Part shown: in pieces, positions 56,383-64,000 of the stretch
How the letters are laid out: each line of letters starts with the position of its first letter
How positions within the stretch are numbered: position 1 is the first letter of the stretch
NCBI GenBank assembly: GCA_030123675.1
Contig: JASJYH010000004.1
Coordinates: forward strand, 184 to 64,183
Direction: 5' to 3'
DNA: 64,000 nt
From: Anaerolineae bacterium
Lineage (GTDB): Bacteria > Chloroflexota > Anaerolineae > Anaerolineales > Villigracilaceae
Made by a program: the position numbers and the translations under genes
Notes under the pieces: model-generated
Told to the model about the DNA's origin: nothing
What the model saw: only the letters and a program-made list of their open reading frames with translations
The model's database searches: none

Positions 56383-57300
56383 TTAATGAGTTGATTTTAT
56401 TCGCCAAATCTCAATTCCTGCAAACCCTGTTGCGCCTGAATGCGCGTATGGGCGGGTCGTCCATACTGGAAATAAGCCTACGTTAGGATTGGAAGGGTTA
56501 TACAGTAGTGCTTCCGTGATAATAAACCCTTCAGAGCTTAGGTGATTGGTGACAGAATACGCACGGCCGAATTTGTCAACCCTGTTTACAACTAACATAT
56601 GTTCAAAGTTTCCCTCACTTCCTGCATAGATATAAATGAAGTCACCAGGCAGCAGAGGCGTTTCCAGCCAGTCGATTTTATTGAGTTTTGTTTTCAGGCG
56701 AATATTTTCAAAACTGTCTTTCGGAAAGACTTTCGCGAGCGTTTGACGATCAGTCGGCAGATCAGGATTTAGTAACCAAAATCTGTACGGATCAATACCT
56801 TTGTTTATAAGGCCAGCCTCCTGGAGAATTGCGATTGAGAGCGGGCCGCATATATCCGTGGGGGAGCCATAGCCTTTGCCATTTATATCTTCACCTAGTT
56901 GTCGGCTTTCATCCGTGGTTTTGCGTACAAATATAATGGAAGATTCGTAAACCTGGAATTGTTGTTTTACAGATAGAGGGCCAATTGGTAGTAAGTGGCC
57001 ACTCTCAACAAGCCCCAGTAATGTGTCCGTTAGTGTTGGAGTAGAGCTTGGTTTGGTTGGGGCGGGGGTGTTTGTTTTGATTCTGATTAGGGTAGGGGTG
57101 GGAGTGAATGTTTTGGTGGGTGGCCGTATTGTAGCGCTGGGCTGCGGTGTATTCGTAGATTGAGTGGGTGTTGATGTCGGTGAGGGTGTCGGGATCAAGG
57201 CGGAGATAGAGGCTGACAGCAAAAAGCCAGCCAGCAATAGTAAAGTAAGAATTAACCCAAGAAAGAGACCAAACCCTAGATATTTTTGCTCAGTGCGCAT
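56383..57300 (-). CDS. Membrane-anchored protein with Pro/Thr-rich linker and a C-terminal domain of unknown function (possible papain-fold Cys/His)
   Basis: 305 aa. N-terminal TM and a PT-rich low-complexity stretch (PTPSPTSTPTQSTNTPQP...TPTPT...TPAPTKPSSTPT). The C-domain has TDICGPLS and GDFIYIYAG..GNFEHMLVV, reminiscent of NlpC/P60-like Cys...His spacing. Weak call. Confidence 0.4.
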   Translation of the reverse strand: MRTEQKYLGFGLFLGLILTLLLLAGFLLSASISALIPTPSPTSTPTQSTNTPQPSATIRPPTKTFTPTPTLIRIKTNTPAPTKPSSTPTLTDTLLGLVESGHLLPIGPLSVKQQFQVYESSIIFVRKTTDESRQLGEDINGKGYGSPTDICGPLSIAILQEAGLINKGIDPYRFWLLNPDLPTDRQTLAKVFPKDSFENIRLKTKLNKIDWLETPLLPGDFIYIYAGSEGNFEHMLVVNRVDKFGRAYSVTNHLSSEGFIITEALLYNPSNPNVGLFPVWTTRPYAHSGATGFAGIEIWRIKSTH

Positions 57301-57474
57301 GTGGGCTCGAAGGTAAGCTGGAATTAATTAAATAGAATGGGTTAAAAGTAATCTAATTGTAAATATAGGTCAACAGGTAATGCGCATTGATCCAATTATT
57401 TCTTCGATTTGTACCTATCGAAGTTGGTACCAACAAATTGGGAATAAACGGTTTCTTGAATAAAGGTCTGGCTA

Positions 57475-58509
57475 TTATGTATTATCGTGTAGCCTGGCAT
57501 TTGTCAGATTTTCAAGGGTATTAACGCCTGTGGAGAACATGGTGACTTCTATCTGGCGTTTTGTCAACATCATTCTCTCTACAATTTTTTCTGTGGAAAC
57601 CGCAGCGGCCTTTAGAAATTGACCGGCCATGCCTCCTAAAGTAGCGCCTAGGGCCACACATTTGGCAATATCGAGTCCATCTTTCAAGCCCCCACTGGCG
57701 AAGATCGTCATTTCAGGGAGAGTGTGTTTAATATTCAATATAGACTCTGTGGTGGGGATGCCCCAGCCTACAAAGGTAGCGGCCAACATGCGGGTGAATT
57801 CATCTGGGGCACGGTGCATCTCGACTTGTGACCAGCTTGTGCCGCCGGCTCCGGCCACGTCAATAGCGGTAATGCCAGAGTCGGCCAAAAGCCTGGCAGT
57901 ACGCTCGGATATGCCCCAGCCAACTTCTTTGGCTATGACGGGAACACCTAGATTTTTACATATTTCTTCGATCTTATTAACCAGACCTGAGAAGTTGGTA
58001 TCCCCCGCATCTTGAACCGCTTCTTGCAATGGATTTAAATGCAGGACGAGCGCATCTGCCTCGATCATATCTACGGCCCGGTGACATTCATCGATGCTAT
58101 ATCCGTAGTTTAATTGAACAGCACCCAGGTTGGCAAAAAGCAAAATATCAGGTGCCACTTCGCGCGTGACAGAAAAGGTTTGGATTTGTTCGGGATGTTC
58201 TATAGCAGCGCGCTGACTGCCGACTCCCATAGCAATGCCTACTTCTTGCGCGGCTTCAGCCAAACGACGATTTATTTGACCGGCTTCTTCTGTCCCGCCG
58301 GTCATGGAACTGATCAGGATTGGAGCGGCCAGTTGTTTACCCAGCAGGCTGAGGCTGGGATCGACGCGGGTTAAATCTACTTCGGGTAGGGCTTCATGGA
58401 CGAATTGATAATTCTCGAGCCCTGTGGTCAATCCAGAGCGGACATCTTGCTCCAAGTTGATTTTAATATGCTCAGATTTTCGCTTATCGATCGGCGCAAC
58501 TTTTGTCAT
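57475..58509 (-). CDS. fni: Isopentenyl-diphosphate delta-isomerase, type 2 (FMN-dependent)
   Basis: [15 protein letters not shown] and GGLKDGLD motifs. I chose the ATG at 58509 ([14 protein letters not shown]), preceded by AAGGA, over the GTG at 58539. Confidence 0.85.
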   Translation of the reverse strand: MTKVAPIDKRKSEHIKINLEQDVRSGLTTGLENYQFVHEALPEVDLTRVDPSLSLLGKQLAAPILISSMTGGTEEAGQINRRLAEAAQEVGIAMGVGSQRAAIEHPEQIQTFSVTREVAPDILLFANLGAVQLNYGYSIDECHRAVDMIEADALVLHLNPLQEAVQDAGDTNFSGLVNKIEEICKNLGVPVIAKEVGWGISERTARLLADSGITAIDVAGAGGTSWSQVEMHRAPDEFTRMLAATFVGWGIPTTESILNIKHTLPEMTIFASGGLKDGLDIAKCVALGATLGGMAGQFLKAAAVSTEKIVERMMLTKRQIEVTMFSTGVNTLENLTNARLHDNT

Positions 58510-58561
58510 AAGGCAGTGTTCCTTTGTGTATATTCCCACTTAAGGGAGTTTGCTGGCACGC

Positions 58562-58589
58562 TTGACACAATGGTAAGAAAGAGTAAAAT
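58562..58589 (+). promoter_or_regulatory. Candidate sigma-70-type promoter for acpP
   Basis: TTGACA (58562-58567), 16-nt spacer, TAAAAT (58584-58589). AGGAGG SD lies before the ATG at 58632. Confidence 0.5.
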
Positions 58590-58631
58590 TGGCCAGTTAT
58601 AAATACTGATATTTAGTGCAGGAGGTTTATT

Positions 58632-58865
58632 ATGTCTGATACATATGCTGATATTAAGGCGATTATTGTAGATCTGCTTGGTGCGGATGAGAGCAAAGTA
58701 ACTATGGAAGCCAATTTTCGTGATGATCTCGAAGCTGATTCACTCGATCTTGTTGAGTTGATCATGGCTTTTGAGGACAAGTTTGGCACGGAAATTTCTG
58801 ATGATGATGCACAGACAATCATCACTGTTGGGGGTGCAGTCAAATACATTGACGCAAATAAGTAA
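58632..58865 (+). CDS. acpP: Acyl carrier protein
   Basis: 77 aa. [20 protein letters not shown], including the phosphopantetheine-attachment serine in DSLD. Confidence 0.9.
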   Translation: MSDTYADIKAIIVDLLGADESKVTMEANFRDDLEADSLDLVELIMAFEDKFGTEISDDDAQTIITVGGAVKYIDANK

Positions 58866-58887
58866 TTCAATTTAAATTATACTTGCA

Positions 58888-58914
58888 AAGACGCCCTAAA
58901 GGGCGTCTTTTTTG
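58888..58914. terminator. Intrinsic terminator between convergent acpP and sucD
   Basis: Stem AAAGACGCCC / GGGCGTCTTT with loop TAAA, followed by TTTTG on the plus strand. Confidence 0.65.
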
Positions 58915-58958
58915 ATTCTTATAATATTGCGCGGATATAAATTTTCAGCCTTAGATTA

Positions 58959-59822
58959 TTAATTTAATAACGTTGGTATTTCTTCCGGGTGCTTGGCAAC
59001 TTTGACACCAGCAGCTTCGAGCGCCTTGATTTTGTCGGCGGCTGTACCCGCGCCACCTTCGATTATAGCGCCTGCATGACCCATCCGCTTGCCCCTAGGC
59101 GCAGTTAGACCGGCGATGAACCCGGCTACAGGCTTGGTCATATTTGAAGAAATAAATTCGGCGGCATTTTCTTCATCTGAACCACCTATTTCTCCAATCA
59201 TGATTACTTTTTCAGTTTGCGGGTCATGTTCAAACATATTTAACACGTCAACAAAATTGGTACCGCTGATCGGGTCGCCGCCAATGCCCACACAAGTTGA
59301 GGCGCCCATTTTTAGATTTTTCATTGCATTCAATACTTCGTAAGTCAATGTCCCCGATCGAGATACTACCCCCACGTTCCCAGGGATGGCTATATTGCCA
59401 GGGATGATGCCTACTTTTGCTTGGCCGGGCGTCAGCAAACCAGGGCAGTTTGGGCCGATTAATCTCACCTTTCTCTGGTCGAGGTAATTGCGCACACGCA
59501 TCATGTCTTGAACCGGGACACCTTCTGTAATGCAAATGATAAGCTCGATGCCCGCGTCTGAGGCTTCGAGCATAGCCTCAGCTGCAAAACGAGCTGGCAC
59601 AAATATGATCGAAGTATTTGCTTCTGTTGCCTCAACAGCAATTTTTACCGAATCAAATACTGGCACTTTGCCATTTAAAACCCAATCACCGCCCTTGCCT
59701 GGGGTGACGCCGGCAATAACATTGGTGCCATAATCAATCATCTGGGAGGTATGGAATAGTCCTTCCTTGCCTGTAATCCCTTGCACCACGAGGCGTGTAT
59801 TCTTATCTATTAATATACTCAT
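58959..59822 (-). CDS. sucD: Succinyl-CoA synthetase alpha subunit
   Basis: 287 aa. [18 protein letters not shown] and MGHAGAI motifs. Confidence 0.9.
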   Translation of the reverse strand: MSILIDKNTRLVVQGITGKEGLFHTSQMIDYGTNVIAGVTPGKGGDWVLNGKVPVFDSVKIAVEATEANTSIIFVPARFAAEAMLEASDAGIELIICITEGVPVQDMMRVRNYLDQRKVRLIGPNCPGLLTPGQAKVGIIPGNIAIPGNVGVVSRSGTLTYEVLNAMKNLKMGASTCVGIGGDPISGTNFVDVLNMFEHDPQTEKVIMIGEIGGSDEENAAEFISSNMTKPVAGFIAGLTAPRGKRMGHAGAIIEGGAGTAADKIKALEAAGVKVAKHPEEIPTLLN

Positions 59823-60988
59823 TGTGAAGCCCCTACTTTCTCGGTTCCTTTCGTACTGACTTTCGCGGCAGCAACCACTTTCTCTGCTGCGCCAGCTAGG
59901 GTGTCGGCAGTGATCATATTCGCATTTGAAAGCAACGCACGACCCTGCTCCGCGTTTGTGCCTACCAAGCGGACCACCATCGGCACTTTTGGTTTTACAT
60001 CTTCCATGGCTGCTAGAATGCCTCTTGCGACTTCATCACAACGGGTAATGCCGCCGAATATGTTATAAAGCACGGCCTTGACATTTTTATCAGATAAGAT
60101 GATGCGCATTGCCGCGGCGACTTTGTCAGCATCCGCACCACCGCCAATGTCGAGAAAGTTGGCTGGTTCACCCCCGAAATGTTTAATGACATCCATACAG
60201 GTCATGGCCAAACCGGCGCCATTAACCATACAGCCAATGTTTCCATCTAACTTGATGAACGACAAGCCATACTTTCGAGCTCGGGTTTCAGAAGGGGCTT
60301 CCTCATCCGTGTCGCGCATTTCAGCCAATTCCGGTAACCGGAAAAGAGCATTATTGTCGATTACCATTTTTCCATCGAGCGCAATCAGGTGCTTTGATTT
60401 AGTAATAACCAATGGATTTATTTCAGCCAGTGTGGCATCCGAGCCCTTGTAAGCGTCCCATAATCCTTTTGTGATCATACCGAATTCCTGCCAATTTTCA
60501 CGTGGCAGATAAATCCCAGCGGCTATGTTCCTGGCTTGATACGGTTGCAAACCAAGTAAGGGATCGATATACACCTTTACGATCTTATCGGGAGTCTTTG
60601 CTGCAACCTCTTCAATATCCACACCTCCTTCTGCGGAAGCCATAAGCACGGGTTTTTTTTGGGTTCTATCGTTGGTGATGCCCAAATATATTTCTTGTTC
60701 GATAATGGCAGCCGTCTCAACAAGGACTTTCTTGACTGTCAAACCTTTGATTTCCATCGCCAAGATTTGGGTAGCAATCTTTTCGGCATCCTCGACATTC
60801 TTGGCTATTTTAATGCCGCCTGCTTTGCCGCGACCGCCAACTAAGACTTGAGCCTTTATCACTACATATCCACCTAACTCCTTGGCGAATTGTCTGGCCT
60901 CATTTGCGGTAGAAACAACGCGCCCCTGTGGAATAGGGACGTTATATTTTGATAATACGAGCTTGGATTGGTATTCGTGGAGTTTCAT
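59819..60988 (-). CDS. sucC: Succinyl-CoA synthetase beta subunit
   Basis: 389 aa. MKLHEYQSK start, ATP-grasp N-terminal domain, and [14 protein letters not shown] motif. Overlaps sucD by 4 nt. Confidence 0.9.
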   Translation of the reverse strand: MKLHEYQSKLVLSKYNVPIPQGRVVSTANEARQFAKELGGYVVIKAQVLVGGRGKAGGIKIAKNVEDAEKIATQILAMEIKGLTVKKVLVETAAIIEQEIYLGITNDRTQKKPVLMASAEGGVDIEEVAAKTPDKIVKVYIDPLLGLQPYQARNIAAGIYLPRENWQEFGMITKGLWDAYKGSDATLAEINPLVITKSKHLIALDGKMVIDNNALFRLPELAEMRDTDEEAPSETRARKYGLSFIKLDGNIGCMVNGAGLAMTCMDVIKHFGGEPANFLDIGGGADADKVAAAMRIILSDKNVKAVLYNIFGGITRCDEVARGILAAMEDVKPKVPMVVRLVGTNAEQGRALLSNANMITADTLAGAAEKVVAAAKVSTKGTEKVGASQ

Positions 60989-61035
60989 TTACCCTCACAA
61001 TGAGAATGGGATTTAGCCCGAAAATAGCAAACCGG

Positions 61036-61044
61036 ATTATACCA
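61036..61044 (-). promoter_or_regulatory. Candidate extended -10 promoter for sucCD
   Basis: The minus strand reads TGGTATAAT (TG-N-TATAAT) about 45 nt upstream of the sucC ATG. No good -35 element. Confidence 0.4.
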
Positions 61045-61087
61045 TTAGGGAAATTTGCATGGATATTTTGCTATATTAACGAGATTG

Positions 61088-64000
61088 TTATTCAGGCAAA
61101 GAAAAGCGAAGGATACGATTATATAAACTGTCTGTTACCCAAACATTATCTTGTGCATCGATAACAATACCGGAGGCTAAACCGAATGTGGAGGCTGTCT
61201 CACCAAAATCTCCCCAGGTTCGAACCACCTCACCCGCAGAAGTGAATTCAATAATTCGATATTGTTCCGGGTCGGTTACAAATACATGTCCTTGTGAATT
61301 TACCGCAATGAAGGGCTTATTATCAAGTGATTGTCCATACCAACCGAACACATCCCATTGCCGTACGGGTAGGAATACCGATAAATCTTCTGTGGGCTTA
61401 AATGTTTGGATGCGCTTGTTCCAGGTGTCAGTGACATAAACTGTTCCATCTTTAGCCACGGTAATGCCTACTGGTTCATCAAATTGACCGGGATCAAAGC
61501 CGGCTGTACCGAATTCGGATATAAATTCACCTTGCGCATCGAATACAACGATACGTTTGTTTCCGGTATCGGCAACATAGACATACCCCTCAGCGTCAAC
61601 CGCCAAACCACGCGGACCGTAGAATCCGTATTCCAGATCTAATTCAGACGGATCATAATGTCCCCAAGTTAGAATGGAGCTGCCGTCCGACGAAAATTTT
61701 TGGATGCGGTGATTCCATGTGTCGCTGACATAAACCGAGCCATCCGGGCCAACCGCCACGCCCCAGGGTTCATTGAATGTACCCTTTGGAGGCGGTTCGC
61801 CATTTTCTTCTTCAGCAAATATGCCCCAGGTTTCAATTAACTGCCCATCTTCGTCCAGGTGTAGAATCCGATGATTACGAGAATCTGCCACATATAAGCT
61901 GCCATCTGGGGCTATGGCAATTGAGCGGGGTGCGTTCATATCAACAGGTTGGGGCTGATTTGAATCGAGGACCAAATTAGCAGGTAATGTAATATCTTTG
62001 CCCTCGGTTGGATCTTCTATTTCAATGGGCGCGGCCGGAACTGCCCCGTAATTCCAAATTTGTGAGGCGATATCTTTGCGAATGTAGAGCCGCATTTTGT
62101 CTGATGGTTCCCAGGTTGCGGGCGATAATGAATTGCTATTTGGTTTCGTGGCTGCGGCGTAGCTAGCGAAATCACGGTTGAACCAAATATCCCAGATTCC
62201 ATTTCTTATTTGTGGATTTTGGATTGCATTAATAATCCGGTCTTTGGTTAGCCCGAAATAATCCTGGTTGGGCCACCACATCCGAATGTAATCAAAACGA
62301 TAGAAGCTTGGACCAAGCGCCGGTTCGATCTTATCGAAATTCTTAGCGTCAACAATCACAAATAATGAATCTCTTAATGCCCTGGTTGGTTTGTCGAAGG
62401 ATTGTTTGCTATTGAAATCACGTAAGTACCATACAAAAGGCCAAGAAACGCCTGTATCAGGCGCACTGGCATCATAATGTAAAGCTAGGTCCATGCCACC
62501 AGTAGTGCGCTCTGAAATTTCTTTGGCTTGGGCTATAATTTGCTTAATCCCGGTTGCCCCATGTGCATATACCAAATACTCTTTGGCACTATCGTAATTG
62601 ATAAACGAAGCTCGGAAAGAGGCTCTCATCGTTAAAATGGTGGCAGAGCCAAATAAAGCCAAAGTAATCAAATAGGGAAAATTGCCGGTATTCCGGTTTC
62701 GCAACAAATACAGCCCCACTACGCAAGCAATTGTAATTAATATAATAATGCTAAGATTCAACCATATCGTATTGACCACGTTTTCGACAGCCAATGGACC
62801 AGTCGGGATACCCAAATAGACAATCAAGGCCCCCATAAAACCCATACCAACAACTGCCACTAGTGCAACCTTTACAAAGCCAGTTATTTCATCATCTAAC
62901 AATTTGAGCATGCCTACAATGCTCCCAATGGTAAGTATGACCGGCAATAAGAAAGCGACAGTTGCCTGAAGTTGCTCTAAATTTTTTCCTGCAAAAGGCG
63001 GGTTTGGACCGAGAATGGATCCAACGCTTAAACCCAAACCCAGTACAAATAATATAGGCAGGGTAAGTGAAACCGCTGTCCTGGAAGAACGCAATTTTTC
63101 CCATTCAATTCGTTTAATCAATTGACTTATGCCCCAGCCGGTTATTAAAATCATAGGCCAGGCCATGTGATAGGTTAACCAGGGCATGCGCTCGCCAGCG
63201 TAACTCAGTATGAGGATGCTTGAGATGATCCACCAAATTAGCAGACTGAATGTCAAAGGGAAGTTTCTTTCTACTGAACCATGCTCAAGCTCGTATTCGA
63301 TGTCCTTCTCAGTAGCAGGTTCGAGCTCGGGTGTGGAGGCTATATCGGGTAGTTCGGGGGATAAAGTTTCTTTGGCATCAATGTTCACTGGTTTAGCCGG
63401 TGACTTTTTATTCAATTTCTTAATTCCAAAATATGCTGCAAGAATTGTGCCGATCGCCGGTAGGAACTCGTATATTGGTATTTGGATTAACACATAGTAA
63501 TACCAAGGTTGACTACCGCGTTCGACTCCTTGTTGCGCCAACCAATACCCGAGTGATCCGACCAGGCCTGTGAAAAATCCATCACTATTGGTGAAGACGG
63601 AAGTGTAAAGAACCGTGAATATTCCCCAGAACAATATGGCCGGTTTCCACCAATCCCGATTCCAGGATAAGCCGACCCATGCGGATATTGCAAACATAAG
63701 CGCGATAAAAATTCCTATAATAACTAGATCACGCGGCAGGCCTAATATTAATTCTGGGCTGGCCATTATTGTGTTTATTTCTGCTGCCGAGGTAGGCAGG
63801 CTAATTTTCAGCCAGCCTTCGAGGAATTTTATAGGGAAGGGGGCTAATAAAGGCAGTACGAGGGTACCGATCAATATGATCAAACCAAACGAGCGTACCT
63901 TTTTCAGTTTTCCCCAACCATAGCCTGTGATTAGGGAAACTATTGCGCCAATAAGCACTAGGATACCGGAAAGGATAAATATATTAGTTCCGGATAAATC
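61088..64000 (-). CDS. Polytopic TIGR03663-like (glycosyltransferase-C-fold-like) membrane protein fused to a C-terminal NHL-repeat beta-propeller; 5' end lies beyond the right window edge
   Basis: Many TM segments with a QPWYYY block. The C-terminal ~300 aa hold repeated NHL units (YVADSRNHRILHL, YVSDTWNHRIQKF, YVADTGNKRIVVF, YVTDTWNKRIQTF, WVTDSLYNRILRF). The reading frame is still open upstream of the track start at 63958. Confidence 0.75.
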   Translation of the reverse strand, partial: DLSGTNIFILSGILVLIGAIVSLITGYGWGKLKKVRSFGLIILIGTLVLPLLAPFPIKFLEGWLKISLPTSAAEINTIMASPELILGLPRDLVIIGIFIALMFAISAWVGLSWNRDWWKPAILFWGIFTVLYTSVFTNSDGFFTGLVGSLGYWLAQQGVERGSQPWYYYVLIQIPIYEFLPAIGTILAAYFGIKKLNKKSPAKPVNIDAKETLSPELPDIASTPELEPATEKDIEYELEHGSVERNFPLTFSLLIWWIISSILILSYAGERMPWLTYHMAWPMILITGWGISQLIKRIEWEKLRSSRTAVSLTLPILFVLGLGLSVGSILGPNPPFAGKNLEQLQATVAFLLPVILTIGSIVGMLKLLDDEITGFVKVALVAVVGMGFMGALIVYLGIPTGPLAVENVVNTIWLNLSIIILITIACVVGLYLLRNRNTGNFPYLITLALFGSATILTMRASFRASFINYDSAKEYLVYAHGATGIKQIIAQAKEISERTTGGMDLALHYDASAPDTGVSWPFVWYLRDFNSKQSFDKPTRALRDSLFVIVDAKNFDKIEPALGPSFYRFDYIRMWWPNQDYFGLTKDRIINAIQNPQIRNGIWDIWFNRDFASYAAATKPNSNSLSPATWEPSDKMRLYIRKDIASQIWNYGAVPAAPIEIEDPTEGKDITLPANLVLDSNQPQPVDMNAPRSIAIAPDGSLYVADSRNHRILHLDEDGQLIETWGIFAEEENGEPPPKGTFNEPWGVAVGPDGSVYVSDTWNHRIQKFSSDGSSILTWGHYDPSELDLEYGFYGPRGLAVDAEGYVYVADTGNKRIVVFDAQGEFISEFGTAGFDPGQFDEPVGITVAKDGTVYVTDTWNKRIQTFKPTEDLSVFLPVRQWDVFGWYGQSLDNKPFIAVNSQGHVFVTDPEQYRIIEFTSAGEVVRTWGDFGETASTFGLASGIVIDAQDNVWVTDSLYNRILRFSLPE

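Overview
This 64-kb bacterial chromosomal window is densely coding, with about 50 protein genes and 2 tRNAs. I saw no rRNA, CRISPR array, integrase or transposase. From gene content and protein style my guess is a Chloroflexota (Anaerolineae-like) organism; this is inference only.

Housekeeping genes frame the window:
- Left side: glnS (partial) with a divergent tRNA-Gln, secDF, rpmF-fabD, pckA, hflX and trmFO.
- Right side: tRNA-Gly, a polyprenyl synthase, type-2 IDI, acpP, sucCD, and a TIGR03663-like membrane protein fused to NHL repeats that runs off the right edge.

The centre (about 20-53 kb) is almost entirely signal transduction. The most unusual part is a co-directional, tightly packed and partly translationally coupled minus-strand cluster at 28.7-53.0 kb. 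In transcription order it contains:
- two CheY-like receivers;
- eight tandem paralogous receptor-like proteins, each with a variable sensor module (TM, Cache or soluble GAF), mostly HAMP, an S-helix with an ERT motif, a GAF domain, and a conserved C-terminal module ending in what looks like only the first helix and strand of another GAF, with no recognisable catalytic output;
- an orphan ParA-type ATPase;
- a GAF-PAS-GAF hybrid histidine kinase with two receivers;
- a threonine-synthase-like PLP enzyme fused to a receiver domain;
- an EamA/DMT exporter.

No CheA/CheW/MCP-signalling, GGDEF/EAL or cyclase domain is present. I do not recognise this arrangement as a characterised system.

Smaller observations include:
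- a decayed PLD-family pseudogene;
- an ORF interrupted by a nonsense codon inside a roughly 2-kb AT-rich, coding-poor stretch next to tRNA-Gly;
- an acidic two-TM protein paired with a two-component kinase that has an acidic sensor loop;
- several promoter and terminator candidates.

All calls come from reading the translations and sequence by eye. No database search was run.
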